NCBI GenBank assembly: GCA_003133815.1
Contig: PKZR01000270.1
Coordinates: 2,569 to 35,072 of the forward strand
Direction of reading: 5' to 3'
Source of the DNA: Limisphaerales bacterium
Lineage (GTDB): Bacteria > Verrucomicrobiota > Verrucomicrobiia > Limisphaerales > UBA11358
Length of the DNA stretch: 32,504 nucleotides
Positions 10,987 through 19,452 of this stretch are shown here, one piece after another (within the stretch, counting starts at the first letter, position 1; every line of letters begins with the position of its first letter). The position numbers and the translations under genes are program-made. The notes beneath the pieces are model-generated. The model was not told where the DNA came from, searched no databases, and saw only the letters and a list, made by a program, of their open reading frames with translations.

Positions 10987-13644
10987 ATGTCCGCCGAAAC
11001 CCAACTCACGCCCATGATGGCGCAGTATCGCCGCATCAAAGGCGAACTGCCCAAGGATGCGCTGCTGCTCTTCCGCCTCGGCGATTTTTACGAGATGTTC
11101 TTCGAGGATGCGCAGGCCGGCGCGCAGCTCCTCAATCTTTCCCTCACCGCCCGCAACGGGATCCCGATGTGCGGCCTGCCGCATCACGCCGCCAATAGCT
11201 ACATCGCGCGCATTTTGAAAAGCGGACGCAAGGTCGCCATTTGCGATCAAACGGAGGAAGCACGTCCTGGAAAATTGGTGAACCGCGAGGTCACGCAAAT
11301 CCTCTCGCCCGGCACACATTTTGACGAACGGATGCTCGTCGCGGAACGAAATAATTTTTTGGCGTCAGTTTATCCGTCGGGAAAAATCTTCGGCCTCGCG
11401 CTGGTGGATTTGACCACCGGCGATTTTCTGACGACCGAACTGGAAAACGAATCCGCTTTGCTCGCCGAACTGGAACGCTTGCGGCCGGCGGAAATTATTT
11501 TCCCGACCGAAGCGGTGGCGCTGCGTGATTTGCTGCGCGGCGCATTCCGGATTTTGAGCGGCTACGACGACTGGACGTTCGCGCCGGAAACCGCGTTTTA
11601 CACGGTGAAGGAACAGTTCAAAGTCGCCTCGCTCGATGGCTTCGGCCTTAAAGACAAAACCGCCGCCATCGGCGCGGCGGGCGGCGCGCTGCATTATCTC
11701 ACACAAAACCTGCGGCGCGACGTAAAGCACCTCACGCGCATTTCTTTTTACCAGCGCAGCGATTTTCTCACACTCGATTACACGACGCTGCGGCACCTGG
11801 AAATTCTCGAACCGCAGCATCACGATGCCCCGCGCAACGCCAGTCTTTATGGCGCGCTGAATAAAACCGTCACGCCGATGGGCGCGCGGCTCCTGCGCAA
11901 CTGGCTCTCGCAGCCGCTCGCCAAAGTGGACCCCATTCACCAGCGGCAAGACGCAGTGGAAACGTTCATCAACAATTCATTCGGCCTCGATGCCTTTCGT
12001 CAGCAGTTAGCGCAGGTGCGCGATTTGGAACGGACGCTCGGCCGTTTGAGTTCCGGCAGCGGCAATGCTCGCGATTTGGTCGCATTGCGTTTGGCACTTG
12101 ATCAAATCCCCGCGCTGAAACAAATTCTCCAAAACCTCGTGGCCGCCGACGTGAAGAGGCTCAATTTAAAAGAAGAAAGTCAGAGCCTCCTGACGTCGGC
12201 TGTTACAAACGAATTAAAAGACGCGCCGTCGAAGAATTCCTGCCTGCTGGCGGCCTTAAATTCGCAAATCTCCGAATCACCCGACCTCGTCGAATTAATT
12301 TCCCGCGCCATCGTGGACGAGCCGCCGCTGCCCATCAAGGAAGGCGGCATGATCCGCGACGGCTTCGACGCGGCACTCGACGAGCTCCGCACCGCCCAGC
12401 GCGGCGGCAAAGATTGGATCGCCAAGTTGCAAGCCGATGAGATCACCGCCACCGGAATTTCGTCGCTCAAAGTCCGTTTCAATTCGGTTTTTGGATATTA
12501 CATCGAAGTCACCAAGTCCAATCTCGACAAGGTGCCGCCGCATTATCATCGCAAACAGACCGTCGCGAATGGCGAGCGTTTCATCACGCCGGAACTGAAA
12601 GCGATGGAGGGAAAAATTCTCGGCGCGGAAGAGCGCAGCGTGAAGCTGGAATACGAAATTTTCCAGCGCGTGCGCGAGGAAGTTTTGGGCCAGTTGCCAA
12701 AAATCCAGCAAACCGCTTCCGCGCTGGCACAACTAGACGTGCTCGCGTCGTTCGCCGTAATCGCACGGCTGCATAATTATTGCCGTCCGCAAATTTCCGA
12801 CGAAGGCGTTTTGCAAATCCGCGACGGCCGGCATCCGGTGTTGGAACAGCAGCTGGTCGAGGAACGCTTTGTGCCGAATGACACGGGGCTGGCTTCTTTG
12901 GAGCGCGGGCTTCAGCCCGCTTCATTATCTGCAGACGAAAGTGCGTTGAAGCGGCCTGAAGGCCGCGCTCCACAAATCGCTTTGATCACCGGGCCGAACA
13001 TGGCGGGCAAATCCACTTACATCCGGCAGGTCGCGCTGCTCACGCTGCTCGCGCACACGGGCTGTTTTGTGCCGGCGGCGGAAGCGCGAATCGACCTCGT
13101 GGACCGTATTTTTACGCGCATCGGCGCTAGCGACGATTTGTCGCGCGGGCAATCCACGTTCATGGTGGAGATGACCGAGACGGCGAACATTTTGAACAAC
13201 GCCACGCCGCGCAGCCTTATCGTGCTGGACGAAATCGGGCGCGGCACCAGCACGTTCGACGGACTTTCGCTCGCATGGAGCATCGTGGAATTCCTGCACA
13301 ATCAGGTCGGCGCCAAAACGCTGTTCGCCACGCACTATCACGAGTTAACCGAGCTTTCAGCCCGCCTGCCGCGCATCAAGAATTTCAACGTCGCCGTGCG
13401 CGAATGGCATGATCAGATCGTGTTCCTCCGTAAAATCGTCGAGGGCGGCACGGACAAAAGCTATGGCATCCAGGTCGCGCGGCTCGCGGGCGTGCCGAAA
13501 GAGGTTTTGGAACGCGCCAAACAAATTCTTGGCAACTTGGAAGAATCCGAGCTGACGCCGGAAGGCAACGTGCGCCCGCAAGCGCGTCAGCGCAGCAAAC
13601 TGCAGAATCTTCCCACGCCGCCGCAGATGGATTTGTTCGGGTAA
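10987..13644 (+). CDS. mutS: DNA mismatch repair protein MutS (with two in-frame palindromic insertions)
   Basis: LTPMMAQY, FRLGDFYEMF, GRHPV, Walker A GPNMAGKST, GQSTFMVEM, LDEIGRGTST, FATHYHEL and C-terminal clamp motif QMDLF. Start reassigned to ATG 10987. Confidence 0.97.
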   Translation: MSAETQLTPMMAQYRRIKGELPKDALLLFRLGDFYEMFFEDAQAGAQLLNLSLTARNGIPMCGLPHHAANSYIARILKSGRKVAICDQTEEARPGKLVNREVTQILSPGTHFDERMLVAERNNFLASVYPSGKIFGLALVDLTTGDFLTTELENESALLAELERLRPAEIIFPTEAVALRDLLRGAFRILSGYDDWTFAPETAFYTVKEQFKVASLDGFGLKDKTAAIGAAGGALHYLTQNLRRDVKHLTRISFYQRSDFLTLDYTTLRHLEILEPQHHDAPRNASLYGALNKTVTPMGARLLRNWLSQPLAKVDPIHQRQDAVETFINNSFGLDAFRQQLAQVRDLERTLGRLSSGSGNARDLVALRLALDQIPALKQILQNLVAADVKRLNLKEESQSLLTSAVTNELKDAPSKNSCLLAALNSQISESPDLVELISRAIVDEPPLPIKEGGMIRDGFDAALDELRTAQRGGKDWIAKLQADEITATGISSLKVRFNSVFGYYIEVTKSNLDKVPPHYHRKQTVANGERFITPELKAMEGKILGAEERSVKLEYEIFQRVREEVLGQLPKIQQTASALAQLDVLASFAVIARLHNYCRPQISDEGVLQIRDGRHPVLEQQLVEERFVPNDTGLASLERGLQPASLSADESALKRPEGRAPQIALITGPNMAGKSTYIRQVALLTLLAHTGCFVPAAEARIDLVDRIFTRIGASDDLSRGQSTFMVEMTETANILNNATPRSLIVLDEIGRGTSTFDGLSLAWSIVEFLHNQVGAKTLFATHYHELTELSARLPRIKNFNVAVREWHDQIVFLRKIVEGGTDKSYGIQVARLAGVPKEVLERAKQILGNLEESELTPEGNVRPQARQRSKLQNLPTPPQMDLFG
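12139..12206. repeat. REP-like inverted repeat (family A) inside mutS
   Basis: GTGGCCGCCGACGTGAAGAGGCTC (12139-12162), 20-nt A-rich spacer, GAGCCTCCTGACGTCGGCTGTTAC (12183-12206). 19 of 24 positions are complementary. Confidence 0.8.
12899..12972. repeat. REP-like inverted repeat (family B) inside mutS
   Basis: TGGAGCGCGGGCTTCAGCCCGCTTCA (12899-12924), 22-nt spacer, TGAAGCGGCCTGAAGGCCGCGCTCCA (12947-12972). 24 of 26 positions are complementary and each arm is itself a hairpin. Confidence 0.88.
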
Positions 13645-13986
13645 GTTCTGCCGGAAGTTTTCAGTACGCGTCATGGCCGCAGAACGTCGCAGTCAAAAGT
13701 TCTTTGCCACCTTCTTCTCGTCGCCAGCAATTCCATCGGCGAAGATGAAAAATGGCTCAAACTATCGCCTTGATAAGAGGACATCCTAGTCCGCCAAGAG
13801 GATGATTCCACCTGACACGACTCTGTCCTCGCTTTAAACGATAATGCTATCGTTTTTCTATAAGACAGCAGCTTGGTGCTAGAGGACATACACTTTCGAC
13901 AATTAAAGATAGGCTTTTGACAATAGGAGGTAAGCGTGCTACCAGCCGAAATGCTATTTCTACAAGCGTAACGAGGCGTTCGGCAC

Positions 13987-14019
13987 GGCAATTTTGCCCT
14001 CCGGAACCTCAATTTTGCC
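13987..14019 (+). promoter_or_regulatory. Direct repeat CAATTTTGCC x2 (21-bp period) upstream of the ArsR-like gene
   Basis: Copies at 13989-13998 and 14010-14019. The first lies within the palindrome GGCAA-TT-TTGCC. Confidence 0.45.
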
Positions 14020-14039
14020 AATAAAAACAGCATTTTATT

Positions 14040-14360
14040 ATGAATCCATACGAAATACCCGCTTCCATTCAACCGTTGCCCAATCGCGCGCTGCTGGCGG
14101 CGGCTTTGGCCGCCGAAAGCCGCTGGATAATTCTCAAGGAATTGACCAAGGGCGAGCCGCGCATGACGATGGAACTGGCGCGGCTCATCGGGACCAGCCC
14201 CGACGCCACGGCCAAGCAGATGATCATGTTGCGCCGCGCCGGCTTGGTAGAGCAGGTTTACGGAAAGCTTTACACGATTCCGAAAAAATATCTGCCGCAA
14301 CCCGGCCAGCCCGTCGTGGATTTCGGCCATTGCCTGCTCCGGCTGGATGCTGCGGGGTAA
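14040..14360 (+). CDS. ArsR-like winged helix-turn-helix protein
   Basis: AALAAESRWIILKELTKGEPRMTMELARLIGTSPDATAKQMIMLRRAGLVEQ. Confidence 0.8.
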   Translation: MNPYEIPASIQPLPNRALLAAALAAESRWIILKELTKGEPRMTMELARLIGTSPDATAKQMIMLRRAGLVEQVYGKLYTIPKKYLPQPGQPVVDFGHCLLRLDAAG

Positions 14361-14364
14361 ATCC

Positions 14365-14432
14365 AGCGCCGTAGGCGCGGCATATTTGTAGAATCCAGAA
14401 TAAAAACGAACCAAGCTCCGCAGGAGCGAAAT
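14365..14432 (+). repeat. Tandem pair of short GC hairpins (REP-like, family C)
   Basis: AGCGCCGTAGGCGCGGCAT (14365-14383) and AGCTCCGCAGGAGCGAAAT (14414-14432). The stems co-vary (GCGCC/GGCGC vs GCTCC/GGAGC). Confidence 0.6.
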
Positions 14433-14550
14433 CGTCTACCATGAATTTGTTGTTAAAACGATGGCCGACCGTGAAAAGGCCAGCACGACAAACGTAAACC
14501 AACTATTTCTTTCGGAGCCAAATCAAATTGAAAAGCGTTAAAGAATTTTC

Positions 14551-14603
14551 ACCGCGAACCACGCGAAATACGCGAACGGAATTTCTTTCGCGTGGTTCGC
14601 GGT
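14551..14603. repeat. Perfect 18-bp inverted repeat built from 9-mer tandem units (family D)
   Basis: ACCGCGAACCACGCGAAA (14551-14568) and TTTCGCGTGGTTCGCGGT (14586-14603), with a third CGCGAA unit in the loop. Confidence 0.85.
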
Positions 14604-14616
14604 TGCAATTCCCGGC

Positions 14617-14694
14617 TTAAACAATTTCCACCGGACATTTTAGCAGCGCGTCGAGAAAAGCCTGACCGTATTGGTTTGTCAAAATCCGGTTGTC
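14617..14694 (-). pseudogene. Displaced copy of the last 25 codons plus stop of dinG
   Basis: Translates DNRILTNQYGQAFLDALLKCPVEIV*, versus the dinG end DNRILTKQYGQSFLDALPKCQVEIV*. 67 of 78 nt are identical to 15189..15266. Confidence 0.9.
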
Positions 14695-14724
14695 ATTTCA
14701 TCAAACATCGGCAACATTGATTAC

Positions 14725-14931
14725 ATGAGCGCAGCGCAAGCCACGGCGGATGTTTTTGTTACGGCCTTCAAAAGCTTGAAGCGCCGCGAGCGCGAAGTCG
14801 TTTTGGAAAAAATGCTCGCCGACGAGGATCTTTCCGAAGATTTTGCCGACACGCTTGCGTTGGAAGCCCGCCGTCATCAGCCGCGCCAGTCTTTTCGCCA
14901 GACGCTGAAGGAACTGAACGTCCGCGCGTGA
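14725..14931 (+). CDS. Putative type II antitoxin
   Basis: 68-aa ORF with an acidic core, GTGA-coupled to the RelE/ParE gene. Upstream reads TTGTCA-N17-AACATT-N6-ATG. Confidence 0.75.
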   Translation: MSAAQATADVFVTAFKSLKRREREVVLEKMLADEDLSEDFADTLALEARRHQPRQSFRQTLKELNVRA

Positions 14932-15185
14932 GCTGGCAGATCGAAATCGCGCGCGACGCCCGCAAGGAACTCGAACGGCTTCCGGCACAAATCCAAATCC
15001 GCATCAGCAAAGCCATTCTCGCGCTGGAAGAAAATCCATTTCCGCACGGCTGCAAGAAATTGAAAAACCGCGACGGTTTTCGCATTCGTGTTGGCGATTA
15101 TCGGATTCTTTATTTTGCCGACACGAAGTTGAAACAGATTGCCGTCGGCGTCATCGGCCATCGGCGTGAAGTTTATCGCGATTGA
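14928..15185 (+). CDS. RelE/ParE family toxin
   Basis: ARKELERLP..IQIRI...LEENPFPHGCKKLK...FRIRVGDYRILY...IGHRREVYR. Confidence 0.92.
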   Translation: MSWQIEIARDARKELERLPAQIQIRISKAILALEENPFPHGCKKLKNRDGFRIRVGDYRILYFADTKLKQIAVGVIGHRREVYRD

Positions 15186-15188
15186 TTT

Positions 15189-17267
15189 TCAAACAATCTC
15201 CACCTGACATTTCGGCAGCGCGTCGAGAAACGACTGCCCATATTGCTTCGTCAAAATCCGGTTGTCCAAAACGACGGCGATGCCCGTGTCCGTCTTCGTG
15301 CGTATCAAGCGGCCGACGCCCTGGCGAAATTTCAATATAGCTTCCGGCAAAGAAAATTCGCCGAAGGAATTTCCGCCGCGCGCCTCAATTGCCTCGATGC
15401 GCGCCTCGATGAGCGGATGATCCGGCACCGCGAACGGCAGCCGCGTGATGATGACGTTGCTCAACGCCTCGCCGGGCACGTCCACGCCCTGCCAGAAGCT
15501 GTCCGTGCCGAAGAGCACCGAGTCCACGTCGTCCTTGAACTTTTCCAGCATCGTGGAGCGCGGCGTGCCGGTGCCTTGAACAAATAATTTCAGGCCAAGC
15601 CCGTCGAAAAACGGCTGCATTTTTTCGGCTGTTTCCTGCATCAGCTTGTAGCTCGTGAACAGCACGAACGCCTTGCCGTGGGTTTGCTTTACGAAATGCT
15701 CGACGTGGTGGATCAATGCGTCGGCGTAACCGGCTTCCCGGGGATCCGGCATTTTTTTTGCGACATACAGCTTCATCTGCCGTTCGTAATCGAAGGGGGT
15801 GCCAACCTGCAATTGCGTGGCCGATTCGCAGCCGACGCGGTGGGAGAAATAATTCAACCCGTTCTGCGATTTTGTATTCGTGGCGAGCGTCGCGCTCGTC
15901 ATCACGATGCTCGTGTCGCTTTCAAAAAGACGGCGGCGCAAATAATCGGCGACATCCACCGGCGCGGCGTTCAGGGTAAGATTCCGCTGCGATTTGCCGC
16001 CGCGTTCGACCCAGTAAACGTGGTCGTCCGCCTGCTGGCTTAAAAATTCCGCGACCTCCGCCTTCAATTCGCCCAGCCGACGGTTGCATTCAATCAACTC
16101 CTGGCCGATGTCCTTGTCATCGCTCAACTTCACCAACTCGCTCACCGCTTCTCGTAATCTTTGAATTGGCAATGTGACATTATCTTTTACGAGTTCCGCG
16201 CGACGAATTCTTAATTCTGTCCACGCGCGCTTGCGTCCGCCGCTTTCGCCACCGAATTTTGGTTTTGCCGTCGCCTGAATTTCCTCGCACGCCGTCTCGA
16301 CATTCTCAAAAAATTTGTCCGACTCGTTCAAGATGTCCGCGACAAGTTTCACGGCATTGCCTTTGCGCAACGTGGCCAGCAAACCCTTTTCCGTGCGGGG
16401 ATTCCACAGCCGGTTCAGCGCGTAACGCACCTGCCCGCTTGATACGCTCAGGCCGATGTGCCGGGAGGCGACGCTTTCCATTGTGTGCGCCTCGTCGAAA
16501 ATCACGAAGTCGTTTTTGAAAAGAATTCCGCCCTCCATTTCCTCGTCCACACCGCCGAGCAATGTAAAGAAAAGCGTGTGGTTCAAAACAAGAACATCGG
16601 ATGAAAGAATTCTGTTCCGTGCACGCTGAAAAAAACAGACGTCGTGGTCCTTGCTGAAATCGGACTGGTAACCGCATGTTTTCGGGGAGCAAAGGCCGCG
16701 CTCGGAACAGACCTGCGCCCAGACTTTTGCGTCCGGTTCGATGGAAAAATCCGACAGGCTGCCGTCCTTCGTTTCCTTAGACCATTCGTAGATGCGCTGC
16801 AATTCCTCGGCCTCGGACGATGTGAACAGGTTGCCGCTCTGCTGCATCGCCTTTTGCAACCGGCGTGTGCAGAGATAATTTGCGCGGCCTTTGAGCATCG
16901 TGAAATTAAACTTCACCGGCTCCGGCAACGCGGCCAGAACGCCTGTGAGCATCGGCAAATCCTTTTCGGTGAGCTGCTCCTGCAAATTGATCGTGTGCGT
17001 CGAGACGATTGCCTTCTTTTTCTGCGCAACTGCAAAAAGAATCGCCGGAACGAGATACGCCAGCGACTTGCCGACGCCGGTTCCGGCCTCGACCGCGAGA
17101 TGTTCGCGGTTCTGCAAAGTGCGGGCAACCGCCACGGCCATTTCCTGCTGCTGCGGGCGGAATTCAAAATTGCTCGCCTTGGACAGAATTCCGCTGGGCG
17201 AAAAAATCTGTTCCACTTGTGCGACCAAATCAACGCCGCTGGGCTGGATTTCGGAAAGGGAAATCAT
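15189..17267 (-). CDS. dinG: ATP-dependent DNA helicase, DinG/YoaA family
   Basis: Q motif FRPQQQEM, EAGTGVGKS, KGRANYLC with further Fe-S cysteines, DEAH, TSATL, FWQGVDVPG and QGVGRLIR. Start reassigned to ATG 17267 (ATGA overlap). Confidence 0.92.
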   Translation of the reverse strand: MISLSEIQPSGVDLVAQVEQIFSPSGILSKASNFEFRPQQQEMAVAVARTLQNREHLAVEAGTGVGKSLAYLVPAILFAVAQKKKAIVSTHTINLQEQLTEKDLPMLTGVLAALPEPVKFNFTMLKGRANYLCTRRLQKAMQQSGNLFTSSEAEELQRIYEWSKETKDGSLSDFSIEPDAKVWAQVCSERGLCSPKTCGYQSDFSKDHDVCFFQRARNRILSSDVLVLNHTLFFTLLGGVDEEMEGGILFKNDFVIFDEAHTMESVASRHIGLSVSSGQVRYALNRLWNPRTEKGLLATLRKGNAVKLVADILNESDKFFENVETACEEIQATAKPKFGGESGGRKRAWTELRIRRAELVKDNVTLPIQRLREAVSELVKLSDDKDIGQELIECNRRLGELKAEVAEFLSQQADDHVYWVERGGKSQRNLTLNAAPVDVADYLRRRLFESDTSIVMTSATLATNTKSQNGLNYFSHRVGCESATQLQVGTPFDYERQMKLYVAKKMPDPREAGYADALIHHVEHFVKQTHGKAFVLFTSYKLMQETAEKMQPFFDGLGLKLFVQGTGTPRSTMLEKFKDDVDSVLFGTDSFWQGVDVPGEALSNVIITRLPFAVPDHPLIEARIEAIEARGGNSFGEFSLPEAILKFRQGVGRLIRTKTDTGIAVVLDNRILTKQYGQSFLDALPKCQVEIV

Positions 17268-18172
17268 TTCAGCGGCGTGCTGCTCAAAACAACCTTCAAC
17301 GCCGAAGTTTTTCCCGGCGCGAGTGAAATCTTGTTCTGCTTCACGTTGCCGGATTCCACGCAGACCATGTGCTTGTGTTCGGCCGGATCGAAATCGTCCG
17401 GCAATTTTTGCGTCGTCCACGGATTCCAAACCACGGTGGACTGGGAATTAAATTTCTCCACGCGGATTATCCGCTTTAGGCTTTCATCGTGGATTTCAAC
17501 GGTCGCGGTGTTATCAGGATAAACGCGGTTGGTTTCCTTCGCGATGCGCAAAACCGGATTATGTTCCACTTTGCGCGTGCCGGTGTTACCGGCTGCGAAA
17601 TCATTGAAGGGCGCATCCCGCAAACCGGTCAAATAAACAGCGCCAATGTCGCCGACTTGAAAATAAGTGTGCAGGCAGTTTTCGATTTCCAGCGTCTCAT
17701 CGCAGCCGTCGTTGGCGGCGACCAGTTCCATCGTGAGCGTGTCGGCGACGGTGACGATGAATTCGTTGCGCAGATTTTCCCACGCCGCGCGCCCGGGCAT
17801 TTTCGGCAGCGCAAAGCGCAGAGTCACGGCGCCTTCTGCGGTGGAAGAAGTTTTCACCAGCTCCCATTCCGTTATGCGCGCGAAACCGTGCGAGGGTTCG
17901 CCTTGACGATTGCCAAACCACGGAACAATGACCGGCACGCCGCCGCGAATCGGCTTGACCGGATCAAACCAGCTTTTAGAACTCATGAACAGCAGCGATG
18001 GTTCGCCTTTTTTCTGGAAGCCCGTAGCGTGCGCGCCGTGCATATAAATTTCGGCCGTGCTGAAATCTGTTTTGACGTTGATTTTCGGCAGTCCGCCGTA
18101 ACCGGTTGAAATGGCGACGCGGCCGGGGATTTCAAGTTTCCGCAGGAGACCGGATATTGTTGAGACGTTCAT
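17264..18172 (-). CDS. D-hexose-6-phosphate mutarotase (YeaD-like)
   Basis: PIRGGVP, SHGFAR, LHTYF, VVWNPW and MVCVE. Confidence 0.9.
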   Translation of the reverse strand: MNVSTISGLLRKLEIPGRVAISTGYGGLPKINVKTDFSTAEIYMHGAHATGFQKKGEPSLLFMSSKSWFDPVKPIRGGVPVIVPWFGNRQGEPSHGFARITEWELVKTSSTAEGAVTLRFALPKMPGRAAWENLRNEFIVTVADTLTMELVAANDGCDETLEIENCLHTYFQVGDIGAVYLTGLRDAPFNDFAAGNTGTRKVEHNPVLRIAKETNRVYPDNTATVEIHDESLKRIIRVEKFNSQSTVVWNPWTTQKLPDDFDPAEHKHMVCVESGNVKQNKISLAPGKTSALKVVLSSTPLK

Positions 18173-18294
18173 AGTAGCGCGGAAAATTTATCATGCGCTG
18201 CCTGCAGGCGCATTCATTTTGTTGGATGCAAGGTTGCCGCCGATAGCCTTTGAATTCTCGACAATCGCAGTCGCGGCGATTAGGCTGTCGGCGC

Positions 18295-19422
18295 ATGACG
18301 CGCACGGAAAAGCTACTGGCCGAACTCATCGCGCTGCCCAGCGTGAATCCCGCCTTTATGCCGCCGCGCCACCCGCATGCCGGCGAAAAGAACGTCGCGG
18401 ATTTTCTCGCTTCAGTCGCCGCCCGCGCCGGACTTGAAATCGAACTCCAAAAAGTAATGCCGGGACGCTTCAATCTCCTTGCTCGCCTGAGGCCGCGAAA
18501 CAAAGTGCGCCGGACCATTTTGCTTGCGCCGCATCTCGACACTGTCGGAGCCAACGCGACGAAATTCATACCTCAGCGCAAGAATGGACGGCTTTACGGA
18601 CGCGGCGCTTGCGACACGAAAGGTTCCATCGCTGCCATGCTCACCGCGCTTTGCGAACTGGCGGATTCAAAGTCTCGACCACTCGAAACAGAAATTGTTT
18701 TCGCCGGATTGATTGACGAGGAGCACGCACAAGCCGGCTCGCGCGCACTGGCCGCAAGCGGATTCAAAGCGGATATGGCCATCGTCGGTGAGCCGACGCG
18801 GTTGCAGGTTGTCACCGCTCACAAAGGAAGCCTGTGGCTGGATCTGGAAACGCGCGGCAAGGCCGCGCATGGTGCGACGCCGCAGCTTGGCAAAAATGCC
18901 ATCCACGAAATGGCCCGAATTGTGGATCTGCTCGAAACAGATTACGCGGCGCAATTGCGGAAGCGAAAACATCCGCTGCTCGGCGCGGCGACGGTGAACG
19001 TGGGGAAAATTTCCGGCGGCACGCAGCCGAACATCGTTCCCGATTTTTGCAAAATTTCGGTTGACCGCCGCACATTGCCGGGCGAAACGGATGCGAAAGT
19101 GAAACGCGAAATCGCCGCATTTCTTCGCTTCATGAAATTGTCCGCCAACATTTCCAGCACAAAGCTCGCGCCGGCATTGCCGCTGGAAACAAATTACAAA
19201 TTGCCGCTCATCCAGCAGTACTTGAAATGCGTAGGCCAGACAAAGCCACTGGGCGTTCATTACTTTTGCGACGCCGCCATTTTATCGGCTGGGGGCATTC
19301 CGAGCGTCGTTTTCGGGCCGGGCGACATCGCGCAGGCGCACACTGAGGATGAATGGATTTCCTTGACGGAATTGGAACGTGGTAAAAACCTGCTTTTGCA
19401 GTTTTTGAATTCGCTTCCCTGA
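18295..19422 (+). CDS. M20 family metallo-amidohydrolase (ArgE/DapE-like)
   Basis: HLDTV, GRGACDTKG, DEE, GEPT, GKAAHG and GPGDIAQAH. Start reassigned to ATG 18295. Confidence 0.9.
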   Translation: MTRTEKLLAELIALPSVNPAFMPPRHPHAGEKNVADFLASVAARAGLEIELQKVMPGRFNLLARLRPRNKVRRTILLAPHLDTVGANATKFIPQRKNGRLYGRGACDTKGSIAAMLTALCELADSKSRPLETEIVFAGLIDEEHAQAGSRALAASGFKADMAIVGEPTRLQVVTAHKGSLWLDLETRGKAAHGATPQLGKNAIHEMARIVDLLETDYAAQLRKRKHPLLGAATVNVGKISGGTQPNIVPDFCKISVDRRTLPGETDAKVKREIAAFLRFMKLSANISSTKLAPALPLETNYKLPLIQQYLKCVGQTKPLGVHYFCDAAILSAGGIPSVVFGPGDIAQAHTEDEWISLTELERGKNLLLQFLNSLP

Positions 19423-19452
19423 ACGATTTCAGTTTCGTATTTTTCGACACTC

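Noticed and set aside
12139-12972. MutS insertions as inteins or introns
   Set aside because: They are far too short, have no Cys/Ser...His-Asn splice motifs, and are explained by DNA palindromes.
13671-14414. 247-aa minus-strand ORF
   Set aside because: Its N-terminal half is antisense to a repeat and to the ArsR-like gene. The rest is Ser/Arg/Cys-rich with no recognisable motif, so it is probably a chance open frame.
14441-14458. ATGAATTTGTTG resembling the mutS end (ATGGATTTGTTC) as a second tail duplication
   Set aside because: The match is too short to distinguish from chance, unlike the 78-bp dinG repeat.
14365-14603. Possible CRISPR array or IS ends
   Set aside because: There are no regular repeat-spacer units, cas genes or transposase. 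The repeats are short palindromes of different families.
17268-17429. N-terminal extension of dinG, and similar extensions on mutS, ppx, sixA, the wHTH gene, fabG, ACP and the dehydratase
   Set aside because: They overlap neighbouring genes or promoters. Downstream starts give coupled overlaps and family-typical N-termini.
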